Assembly (NCBI GenBank): GCA_013425405.1
Contig: JACCLF010000047.1
Span: 3,252 to 67,251 of the forward strand
Source: Candidatus Micrarchaeota archaeon
Lineage (GTDB): Archaea; Micrarchaeota; Micrarchaeia; Burarchaeales; Fermentimicrarchaeaceae
DNA length: 64,000 nt
Direction: 5' to 3'
The notes under the pieces are model-generated. The model saw only the letters and a list, made by a program, of their open reading frames with translations, did not search any database and was not told the DNA's origin. Shown piece after piece: positions 55,882-63,726 of this stretch. The stretch's first letter is position 1. Each line of letters begins with the position of its first letter. Position numbers and translations under genes: made by a program.

Positions 55882-55933
55882 GTGACATTCTCCCACCCCT
55901 AAAGCATGTGGGATTTCCCGCTCGCCTTGTTAA
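55882..55933 (-). repeat. Solo IS605-end-derived hairpin element
   Basis: The reverse complement reads TTAACAAGGCGAGCGGGAAATCCCACATGCTTTAGGGGTGGGAGAATGTCAC. Its TTAAC contains the TAA stop of the ACT-domain gene. Confidence 0.8.
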
Positions 55934-56379
55934 ATTCTGAAGTCCCTGCCTATTGTTTCGTATGCCATGCCGCAGTCCTTCCAGTTAAGCAGCAGAACAG
56001 CGGAATCAAAGCTCGTGGATATGCTGACTATGTTTATATTCTTAGTCGCCAGAACGCCCGCAAGCTTCGATATAACTCCGGGCTTGCCCATAAACTCTGT
56101 TCCGGTTACTGTAACCATGCCGAGATTCCTTGTTATGGAAAGAGCGCCGAATGAGGATGTCTTCGAAACTATATCCTCAAGAGCATCCCTAGCTTTTTCC
56201 ATGTCTGCATCATCCACGAAGAAGCTTACCGAGTATTCACCCATGGAGATGCAGTAGATGTTTATACTCTTTGCAGAAAGAGCTGATGAGAACTTTGTTA
56301 TTACTCCTGGGGTCACTCTGACCCTATCGCCTGTGACAGACAATGAACTTATTGGCCTCTTGTAGAGCTTCAAATCCAT
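55930..56379 (-). CDS. Stand-alone tandem ACT-domain protein (aspartokinase regulatory-domain-like)
   Basis: Two ACT-like repeats: GVITKFSSALSAKSINIYCIS and GVISKLAGVLATKNINIVSIS. Confidence 0.65.
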   Translation of the reverse strand: MDLKLYKRPISSLSVTGDRVRVTPGVITKFSSALSAKSINIYCISMGEYSVSFFVDDADMEKARDALEDIVSKTSSFGALSITRNLGMVTVTGTEFMGKPGVISKLAGVLATKNINIVSISTSFDSAVLLLNWKDCGMAYETIGRDFRI

Positions 56380-56456
56380 CTTCCCACAGATTAAGTATGG
56401 ATATACGGATATATAATATTTTCTATAGAGCGCTTAACCGAACGTTTAAAAAGGAG

Positions 56457-57677
56457 ATGCAACAAATCTTAATTATGCAAGAACGAGTCGTAAAGTTGCA
56501 TAAAGATAGCCTAAATTCACTATTTTTGTTAATACAAAATAAGAGTACGCTGAAGGAATTCTCAAGAACTATGGGTATACGATACGGAACTTTAAGAAAA
56601 TGGAAAGCAGGTAAGGCCCCCATACCTTATTCAGTATTTTGTAAGATTATCAAAAAGTACCAAGCAAATAAAAAATCATTTGAGTACGAACTCTCAGTAT
56701 CAAAAAGATATGGGGCAAGTCGATTGAATGAATGGATTTTACTGCAGAAACATAAAAAAATACGAACTAAAGCAACTAACACGATGTACAGAAAATACGG
56801 GAGAGATTACTTCAGAAAAATAGGACTAAGAAGTGCTGAAAAAGGATACTTAACAAAAAAAGAACTTGAAGTTCACTTGATAAATAAAAGTTTACGCAAA
56901 AAACTACAATCAAAATCACATTTTACAATTAACGACGCAAATTACGATTTAGTCTACTTCAAGAATAACAAACCAATTTTTGCAGAAGAGGTACTCGGTG
57001 GAAGGAAAAAGAAGAGTTCAGTCCTATTTCAGATTGCAAAAATCCAAGAAAAAAGTGAGAAATTAGGGTTTCCAGTTATAGTTACATCATGGTACAAACA
57101 AAACTTTAATGCTAAAAATGAGATGTTCCCTCTCGAAAGTGTATTGTGGATGCTAGAGACGGATTCGCTTTTGCCAATATTGCTGGATGTTAAGGCATTT
57201 TTTGATTTTAGAACCAGATTATTGTCCAGTCAAGTCGTACCATTGAAAGGAAATTTGTACGAATTCTGTAAAAAAGAGATTAAAAACAGGTATTTATTAA
57301 GGGGGGCAAAGGCTGAAAAAAATACCCCACAAAATTATTTAGAGAAAACAGTGCACGAGCTATTCAAAAAGCATGGATTCAATCCTGCAGGCAAAAAAAT
57401 ACTTAGAACGAAGTATGATACCTATTTTGTCGTAGACGATTTTATACCTGAACTAAACGCGGCAGTTATGGTGACACCAACAAATATAGATGATATTATC
57501 GGTCAATCATTCGGGATAAAAACAATGTGCGACGATAGACTAGTTACTGTTGGCGTACTACAAAATAAGACTCGATATAAGAAATATAAATATGAGAGAG
57601 TAAAGAATAGGTATGTGGACTATGTATTTGTTGGTGCAAAAGAACTGGAGGAATGGTTGAAGAACATGGGCTCGTAG
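56457..57677 (+). CDS. AT-rich orphan protein: N-terminal HTH plus two possible PD-(D/E)xK-like modules
   Basis: HTH STLKEFSRTMGIRYGTLRKWKAG. Later YDLVYF...FAEEVLGGRKK and YFVVDDF...AAVMV. The last 10 nt overlap the tRNA-Ala 5' end. The start is uncertain (56457 or 56475). Confidence 0.5.
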   Translation: MQQILIMQERVVKLHKDSLNSLFLLIQNKSTLKEFSRTMGIRYGTLRKWKAGKAPIPYSVFCKIIKKYQANKKSFEYELSVSKRYGASRLNEWILLQKHKKIRTKATNTMYRKYGRDYFRKIGLRSAEKGYLTKKELEVHLINKSLRKKLQSKSHFTINDANYDLVYFKNNKPIFAEEVLGGRKKKSSVLFQIAKIQEKSEKLGFPVIVTSWYKQNFNAKNEMFPLESVLWMLETDSLLPILLDVKAFFDFRTRLLSSQVVPLKGNLYEFCKKEIKNRYLLRGAKAEKNTPQNYLEKTVHELFKKHGFNPAGKKILRTKYDTYFVVDDFIPELNAAVMVTPTNIDDIIGQSFGIKTMCDDRLVTVGVLQNKTRYKKYKYERVKNRYVDYVFVGAKELEEWLKNMGS

Positions 57678-57762
57678 CTCAGTAGCAGAGCGCTTCTTTG
57701 GCGAAATAACTATTTTTGTTCCAATATAGAAGAGGCCGCGGGTGCGACTCCCGCCGAGTCCA
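57668..57762 (+). tRNA. tRNA-Ala (anticodon GGC) with 23-nt intron at 37/38
   Basis: Acceptor GGGCTCG/CGAGTCC with the G3:U70 Ala identity pair. D stem GCTC/GAGC. Anticodon stem CTTCT/AGAAG. Loop TTGGCG-[intron]-T. T stem GCGGG/CCCGC. Discriminator A. The intron folds as a BHB: TTGG/CCAA helix flanked by 3-nt bulges CG|A and TA|T. Confidence 0.8.
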
Positions 57763-57850
57763 CTGCTGATTTTACTTATTGAGTAATGTGTGCGATTGCG
57801 AAAAATCCTCAAAAAATTAGGGCGTTCGGTTTCTGGAAAATATTAAATTT

Positions 57851-57900
57851 TTGGGAGGTTAGGTGGTGGAATTATCGTGAAAGTTCCACTGACCTCCCAA
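57851..57900. repeat. Interrupted hairpin flanked by 12-nt direct repeats
   Basis: TTGGGAGGT...GTGGAA-loop-TTCCAC...ACCTCCCAA. AAATTAGGGCGT occurs at 57814-57825 and 57906-57917. Confidence 0.6.
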
Positions 57901-58085
57901 CCCCTAAATTAGGGCGTACTAAATAAGGAAAAGGAGATATTTAAACTTGCTTCTTCTAAACAAAAATAAGGAGGTCAATCCGAAGATTGCGTTGAAAGGA
58001 TATTCTTTGAGAATCATACTACGCCGCTCCCATTTGAAATCGCACTCAATATAATTAAATACATAGATTTACATGTTATATTGTA

Positions 58086-59951
58086 ATGAAAAAAGGGCAG
58101 AGCTGGGCGGAGTACATAACAGTTCTTGCAGTTACCGTCATAATGGCGGGAATTGCCATGTACATGGCCGGCGCCTTCATGGGAAACAACAGGCAGATTT
58201 CTGAGAAAGACAGCGCGTCATACTGGTTTTCAGCCGACGTTGGAATTACCAGATACTACGTAAACTCCTCAGCTGCACAGCTCCTTATAAAGAATAACAA
58301 GAATTTCAAAATAAATGTGACAAACATAAGCTCTACAGGTGTTAGCATTCTACTTGCGCCGGATGGAGCCAACAGCGTAGTGCTAGAGCCTGGACAGAGT
58401 GTGCAGGTTACTGTGCCCGGTTTGACATGCCTAACCGGAGCATACTCCCTCCCTTTGGTTATAACGTATGCAGATGTGAATTATGGTGCGAAATATACTG
58501 TCTACGGTGAGAAGCCACTTATCGGGCAATGCATGAATTTCACCTCTCCTCCAGCTGCACAATGCTCTCCTCCTTGCACAACTAATACAACAGCGTGCAT
58601 TGCATTCTGCAGCGTAAATCTAAAATGCACCTTCCAAGCAAGTTCTGCAACATGCCAGATACCCTGTGTTGGGACGCAATGCACTTTCTGTCTACCTAAC
58701 TGTGGAAACCCAACATGCACATCCTGCGGAACAAACTCAACATGTGTCCAGAGCAATAACTGGTGTAACGGGACTCAGAGCTGCCTCGCCGACACGGCCG
58801 ATACGTGTAGCATACCCTGTTCTAGCGGAGCCTGCACTTCATGTCAAGCCTGCACTCCCGGCACATGCACAAACTGTACAAATGGGTGCAATGCAACAAC
58901 CGGCTTGTGCAACCCCGCAGCGCCAACATGCCAAGGCTGTACATTTAACGGCTATTGCAACTCAAGCTGTACGGGTTCCAGCTGTACAACCTTCGATATG
59001 GTATGCGATAACGCCGCACCTAACGCTCAGGCATGCTCCAACTCCACAGGGGGAACGACAGGAGGTCCTCCGTACTACTCCAAAGTAACCTGTTGCAGTG
59101 GTACTGCGCAAAGCTGTGGAACGAATTCAACCATCACCTGTCTCCATACTGCTAATTGGTGCAATGGAGCAACTCAGAACTGCAGCCCGGATATAATCGT
59201 CCCATGCAATATTTCGTGCTCTGGCGCAGGAGTCTGTGACTCATGCACACCAACCTGCACTACCGGCGCATGTACGAACTGTCCTGGAGGTCAATCATGC
59301 AATGCGACTACTGGCCTTTGCAATTCAGTCTGCCAGTCAGACTGCACATTCGGCGTCATTGGCATATGCAACTCCAGCTGCTCAGGAAGCTGCACAGGCT
59401 GGCTATCTGGGTGTGCCGGCTTCAATAAGGGCAAATCAATATGCGCTGATACATATCATAATGTTTCCTGCTGCAACGACGCACCAACAAGCTGCGCAAC
59501 AAACAGCACTTCATGCAATGCATACTGCAATGCAAACCAGAACTGCACCTATCCATTCAACCCTGCAACATGCCAGAGGACGTGTAATTCAACTACTGGT
59601 CTCTGTCAGTATTGCACTCCTTCATGCGGAACTGCCACATGCACTGGCTGCGGAACAAGCAGTATCCCATGTAATCCATACTGCAGCTCAAATCGGAGGT
59701 GCGTATATCCGTCTAACCCTGTAACATGCACTAATACGTGCAGCGGAGGTTCCTGCCAGCTTTGCACTCCTTCATGCGGAACTGCCACATGCAACAACTG
59801 TGCAGCAGGATGTATAGGCGCAGGAGTCTGCGTACCATTCTGTACTGGAGCAGGCGATACTTGTAATGTAAACTGTAAATGTCGCACTAGCAATCCAAAA
59901 TGCTGTGGCGATGGGCGGTGTCACCCGTCATCATTCCTTTGTCTAGCATAG
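58086..59951 (+). CDS. Pilin-signal (class III signal peptide) protein with giant cysteine-rich, sequon-rich modular ectodomain
   Basis: N-terminus MKKGQSWAEYITVLAVTVIMAGIAMYMAG. Residues ~155-621 hold about 86 Cys by hand count, many as CxxC. Internal duplications include CNATTGLCN x2, NWCNG(T/A)Q x2 and CTPSCGTATC x2. Confidence 0.8.
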   Translation: MKKGQSWAEYITVLAVTVIMAGIAMYMAGAFMGNNRQISEKDSASYWFSADVGITRYYVNSSAAQLLIKNNKNFKINVTNISSTGVSILLAPDGANSVVLEPGQSVQVTVPGLTCLTGAYSLPLVITYADVNYGAKYTVYGEKPLIGQCMNFTSPPAAQCSPPCTTNTTACIAFCSVNLKCTFQASSATCQIPCVGTQCTFCLPNCGNPTCTSCGTNSTCVQSNNWCNGTQSCLADTADTCSIPCSSGACTSCQACTPGTCTNCTNGCNATTGLCNPAAPTCQGCTFNGYCNSSCTGSSCTTFDMVCDNAAPNAQACSNSTGGTTGGPPYYSKVTCCSGTAQSCGTNSTITCLHTANWCNGATQNCSPDIIVPCNISCSGAGVCDSCTPTCTTGACTNCPGGQSCNATTGLCNSVCQSDCTFGVIGICNSSCSGSCTGWLSGCAGFNKGKSICADTYHNVSCCNDAPTSCATNSTSCNAYCNANQNCTYPFNPATCQRTCNSTTGLCQYCTPSCGTATCTGCGTSSIPCNPYCSSNRRCVYPSNPVTCTNTCSGGSCQLCTPSCGTATCNNCAAGCIGAGVCVPFCTGAGDTCNVNCKCRTSNPKCCGDGRCHPSSFLCLA

Positions 59952-59960
59952 AAGAAATAG

Positions 59961-60014
59961 CTTAGCAGAAGCGAGCGAGAAACCCCACACGCTTTAGCGG
60001 TGGGAGCATGTCAC
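59961..60014 (+). repeat. Solo IS605-end-derived hairpin element
   Basis: CTTAGCAGAAGCGAGCGAGAAACCCCACACGCTTTAGCGGTGGGAGCATGTCAC. The inner stem CGC/GCG is compensatory relative to the other copies. Confidence 0.8.
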
Positions 60015-60074
60015 CGCTAGGAAATGTAGAGAGAAGCATAAGATATAATAATCCCGTATTGCATTAATAGAACG

Positions 60075-60341
60075 GTGATGCCGATGTTCAACCTTGGGAG
60101 GAAGGGGTATACCAGCGAATGGTGGAGCAAGAAGCTCCGAAAGAGATTCTTAATGTGGGCAAGTTACTTTATAGTCGGCATGTACCTGCTTTTACTAGCG
60201 GTTTTCATAATCCTGTCCCTCTCATTTCCTGGAGCATCAGACCCGATGCATATTTCATTCCTCAAGGACTTCATATTCTACTTCAGCTCTCCAGTTATTC
60301 TTTTTGCCATACTGCTAGTGCTCTGGAGCAGAGAAATATAG
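60075..60341 (+). CDS. Small membrane protein
   Basis: 88 aa with two hydrophobic helices. Confidence 0.4.
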   Translation: MMPMFNLGRKGYTSEWWSKKLRKRFLMWASYFIVGMYLLLLAVFIILSLSFPGASDPMHISFLKDFIFYFSSPVILFAILLVLWSREI

Positions 60342-60413
60342 GTCATCAATACTCATTTTTGAGTAAGTTTTAAAAGGATATGCGCTATAAATTTTATAGC
60401 AGGTGATTTTTTT

Positions 60414-60755
60414 ATGGGAGATGATAGAGAGGAAAAATGCAAGCATATGGATTTCATGCTTGACGTATTCGGAAAGAGATGGGCAACAAGAGTTTTCCTG
60501 AGGCTGCTCTACTCTGAAAAAAGAATGGGCTTCAATGAACTTCTGCGTGCAACTCCTGGCATAAACCCAAAAATGCTGGCTGAGAGGCTGAAGAGCCTTG
60601 AGTCGCACGGTTTGGTCAAGAGGGAAGTTGAAACCAGCCCCATAAGAACTTACTACTCGCTCACAGAGGCCGGAATTGATTTGAAAGGTCCAATTGATTC
60701 AATGCTCGCATGGAACAAAAAGTGGTGTTTCGGGGATTATAAAAAACGTCCATGA
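60414..60755 (+). CDS. HxlR-family winged-helix transcriptional regulator
   Basis: FGKRWATRVFLRLLYSEKRMGFNELLRATPGINPKMLAERLKSLESHGLVKREV. Confidence 0.85.
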   Translation: MGDDREEKCKHMDFMLDVFGKRWATRVFLRLLYSEKRMGFNELLRATPGINPKMLAERLKSLESHGLVKREVETSPIRTYYSLTEAGIDLKGPIDSMLAWNKKWCFGDYKKRP

Positions 60756-60829
60756 CCAAAACAATTTTAATCCCCTTTGTGTAATATTTCTAACTGGTTC
60801 TGATGTTTTGAGTGAGGAGAGTGTATAGC

Positions 60830-62374
60830 ATGCCCGAAGTGAGGAGAGTTTTGATAAGCGTTTCAGACAAGAGCGGAATTGCCGAATTCGCAAAGGGACT
60901 TTGCGAACTTGGATTCGAAATAATATCGACGGGAGGAAGTGCGAAAATTCTGAGAGACAATGGCATTCCAACAAAGGAGGTATCCGATATTACGGGCTCA
61001 CCCGAGATGCTTGACGGGCGTGTGAAGACTCTTCACCCGAAGATACACGGAGGCATACTGGCGCTGAGGGGCAGGAAGGAGCATATGCGGCAGCTGAAGG
61101 AGAATGGCATAGAGAAGATAGACCTGGTTGTCGTTAATTTCTACCCATTTGAGCAAACAATCTCAAAGAAAGATGTTAAGCATGAAGATGCTATTGAGAA
61201 CATAGACATAGGTGGGCCCACGCTCATAAGGGCAGCTGCCAAGAACTACGAGAGCGTTGGGGTTGTAGTCGACCCTTCCGACTACCAGGGAGTTCTCAGC
61301 GAGCTCAGGAAGGAAAAATTCCTTTCGCCTCGCACAAGGGAGAGACTTGCAACCAAAGCTTTCCAGCATACTGCAAGATATGATGCCATAATCTCAAACT
61401 ACCTTGAGAAAAAGTTCCCCGGGGAGTTTTTCCCGAAATTCCTAACTCTGAGCTTTGAGAAGAGCATGGAGCTTCGCTATGGAGAGAATCCGCACCAGAG
61501 GGCATCCTTCTACAGGGATATGGAAAGCGATGAAACTTCAATCTCAAATGCAAGGCAGCTGCAGGGGAGGGAGATATCCTACAACAACATGCTTGATGCC
61601 GATTCCGCCCTTGAGCTTCTAAAGGAATTTGAGGAGCCTGCCGTTGTTATAGTCAAGCATAACAACCCCTGCGGGGTTGCAACCGACAAAATCCTGAAGA
61701 ACGCATACATCAAGGCAAAGGCAACCGACCCCGAGGCTGCATTTGGAGGCGTTGTGGCCCTCAACAGAAATGTTGATGCTGACACCGCAAGAGAGATAAC
61801 CACGTTGCTGACAGACGTATTGGTGGCTCCAGGCTATTCAGCGGAAGCATTGGAAATTTTTTCGGGAAAGAAGAACATGAGAGTGCTGGAACTCGGCATT
61901 TTCTCCACAAAGAAGAGAGAGCGGAGAGAGCTTAGGAGCGTGAATGGAGGGCTCCTTGTTGAGGAGAGGAATACTAAGCTGCTGATTGGCGAGCCAAAGG
62001 TTGTTACCAAAAGGAAGCCAACAAAAGCGGAAATGAGGGCGCTGTTGTTTGCATGGAAGGTATGCAAGCATGTCAAATCCAATGCCATAGTATACGCATT
62101 TGAGGATAGAACCGTTGGAATAGGTGCGGGGCAGATGAAAAGGTCAGACTCCTCAAAGCTCGGTGCAATGAAAGCAGTTGAATCGCTCAAAGGCGCGATT
62201 CTTGCATCCGATGCATTCTTCCCATTCAGGGACGCAGTGGATGTTGCAGTGGATGCGGGAGTTACCGCAGTAATCCAGCCAGGCGGTTCAAAGAACGATC
62301 AGGAGATAATAGATGCCTGCAACGAGCGCAATATAGCCATGGTTTTCACTGGCATACGTCACTTCAAGCACTAA
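60830..62374 (+). CDS. purH: Bifunctional AICAR transformylase / IMP cyclohydrolase
   Basis: VRRVLISVSDKSGIAEFAKGL, KTLHPKIHGGIL and C-terminal GIRHFKH. Confidence 0.95.
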   Translation: MPEVRRVLISVSDKSGIAEFAKGLCELGFEIISTGGSAKILRDNGIPTKEVSDITGSPEMLDGRVKTLHPKIHGGILALRGRKEHMRQLKENGIEKIDLVVVNFYPFEQTISKKDVKHEDAIENIDIGGPTLIRAAAKNYESVGVVVDPSDYQGVLSELRKEKFLSPRTRERLATKAFQHTARYDAIISNYLEKKFPGEFFPKFLTLSFEKSMELRYGENPHQRASFYRDMESDETSISNARQLQGREISYNNMLDADSALELLKEFEEPAVVIVKHNNPCGVATDKILKNAYIKAKATDPEAAFGGVVALNRNVDADTAREITTLLTDVLVAPGYSAEALEIFSGKKNMRVLELGIFSTKKRERRELRSVNGGLLVEERNTKLLIGEPKVVTKRKPTKAEMRALLFAWKVCKHVKSNAIVYAFEDRTVGIGAGQMKRSDSSKLGAMKAVESLKGAILASDAFFPFRDAVDVAVDAGVTAVIQPGGSKNDQEIIDACNERNIAMVFTGIRHFKH

Positions 62375-63285
62375 TCATTTTTTCTTTCGCTCCACACTGC
62401 AAACAAAAGTACACCAGCCAGTATGCAGAATGGTATGCATCCCTTGATAAGCGCAGAAGTTATGTTTGTCACGTTCTCAGTGCTGGGCGTGTTATTCTCA
62501 GTCTCGTTGTAGGTTTGGTTATAACTCTCATTCTGGGGAACTTCGGTGTTGTTGTTCTCAGGAGGGGCTGACTGGTTATTCTGCGAGTTGTTATTGCCCG
62601 GTGGTGCACCGCACGATGCAGGCTTAGCGTATCCCTCAGCCTGGCGTATCCTGTTTATTGCATCATTTACCGCATAGAGGGAGTCATGAATGTTGCATAC
62701 GACCAGCATATCACTTGCTCTCTGAATCTCAGTTGATGCAAACTGCAATACGTTATATCCCGATGTGTTGTAGCAATTTCCAGTGTACTGTGCGCTGACC
62801 CTGGTATACTCGCTCCTTGCGACATCCAGTTTGTCCAAGACGGTTTGCTCATAAATGTTCGTATAGTGCCCCACTGTCACCTCAAGTGTTGTATCATATT
62901 CCATTGACCCGGCGCAATATTCCCCATTGCCGCAAATATCGCCAACCCACCCGACTATCTTGAATGGAATAACGTCAGTTGCGTTCTTCCCACCGGTTAT
63001 GGTATACAACGTAAATGTGCAGGTCTGCCTCATCCCAGCGCCGACATCGCATGCTTTTCCACCATCCTGCAGCTGACCTGAGGAAGAGTTGTAGTAGAGA
63101 TAGGTGACTCTCATAAATTTAGTGCTGGAAGGATTCTGGATTCCGACGTCCACAGTAAAGCGGTTTGCATCTCCTTGCATCCTGCAATTTGAGACGTTAA
63201 ATAAACTGGTGCCTACTAAAGTTGCAGTCAAATCAGCTGCACTCACAACGCCGACCATCAGCAAAACAGCCAGGAAATATCTCAT
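62371..63285 (-). CDS. Secreted protein with Sec signal peptide, Asn/Thr-rich linker and C-terminal TM anchor
   Basis: MRYFLAVLLMVGVVSAADL. C-terminus is ...NNNSQNNQSAPPENNNTEVPQNESYNQTYNETENNTPSTENVTNITSALIKGCIPFCILAGVLLFAVWSERKND. Confidence 0.6.
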   Translation of the reverse strand: MRYFLAVLLMVGVVSAADLTATLVGTSLFNVSNCRMQGDANRFTVDVGIQNPSSTKFMRVTYLYYNSSSGQLQDGGKACDVGAGMRQTCTFTLYTITGGKNATDVIPFKIVGWVGDICGNGEYCAGSMEYDTTLEVTVGHYTNIYEQTVLDKLDVARSEYTRVSAQYTGNCYNTSGYNVLQFASTEIQRASDMLVVCNIHDSLYAVNDAINRIRQAEGYAKPASCGAPPGNNNSQNNQSAPPENNNTEVPQNESYNQTYNETENNTPSTENVTNITSALIKGCIPFCILAGVLLFAVWSERKND

Positions 63286-63297
63286 AACATCACCACT

Positions 63298-63579
63298 TTA
63301 TTTTCTCCTTTTTAATATATATCCCCTTGTATTGAACTCAATCTGGAGCAGGTACTGCATAAGGTTCAGTGTGGATAAACCAATTATCATTACTATAAGC
63401 ATAACCCCGAATTTTATTGTCCACAGCAAATCTGTTGCGATGAGCGTGAGCACAACAAGAAACAGGGCGAAAATAGAAAGCGCTATATCAAACAGCTCGA
63501 TTACGAGAAGCCACGTCCGGAGCGTCTCCTCGTCCTTTGGAAGAATCCAGTTCAGCACGAAGTTCTTGAAACCACCCAT
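63298..63579 (-). CDS. Small membrane protein
   Basis: 93 aa with two or three TM helices. Confidence 0.4.
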   Translation of the reverse strand: MGGFKNFVLNWILPKDEETLRTWLLVIELFDIALSIFALFLVVLTLIATDLLWTIKFGVMLIVMIIGLSTLNLMQYLLQIEFNTRGYILKRRK

Positions 63580-63623
63580 TGCAAATCAAATAACTATCGT
63601 AACACCTATTTTTATTCCTTACT

Positions 63624-63725
63624 GGGTCCTCGGGGCCAGCCATTGAGCATCCGCCCTTTTCAGGGCACTCCAAAAACATGCCGTGCAAAGTTTTTTTGGA
63701 ATTTTTCCCGGCTGGCCGAGGGCCC
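63624..63725. repeat. GC-rich long inverted repeat enclosing two small hairpins (MITE or structured RNA)
   Basis: GGGTCCTCGGGGCCAGCC pairs with GGCTGGCCGAGGGCCCC (about 16 bp, 2-nt bulge). Inner hairpins are GCCC-TTTTCA-GGGC and TCCAAAAA...TTTTTGGA. Confidence 0.55.
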
Positions 63726-63726
63726 C

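Noticed and set aside
54991-55896. 301-aa minus-strand ORF.
   Set aside because: It spans the antisense of the TatD 3' end, the NYN-domain gene and the Sm gene, all of which have strong family motifs. Its product is Ser/Phe/Thr-rich with no motif.
58502-59893. Alternative-frame ORFs inside the Cys-rich gene (58666-59088, 59236-59724, 59243-59428, and minus-strand 58502-58756 and 59606-59893).
   Set aside because: They arise because the TGC/ACN/AAC-rich repeats lack stop codons in other frames. Only the 58086-59951 frame has a signal peptide, a consistent repeat architecture and a start just downstream of an AT-rich promoter-like stretch.
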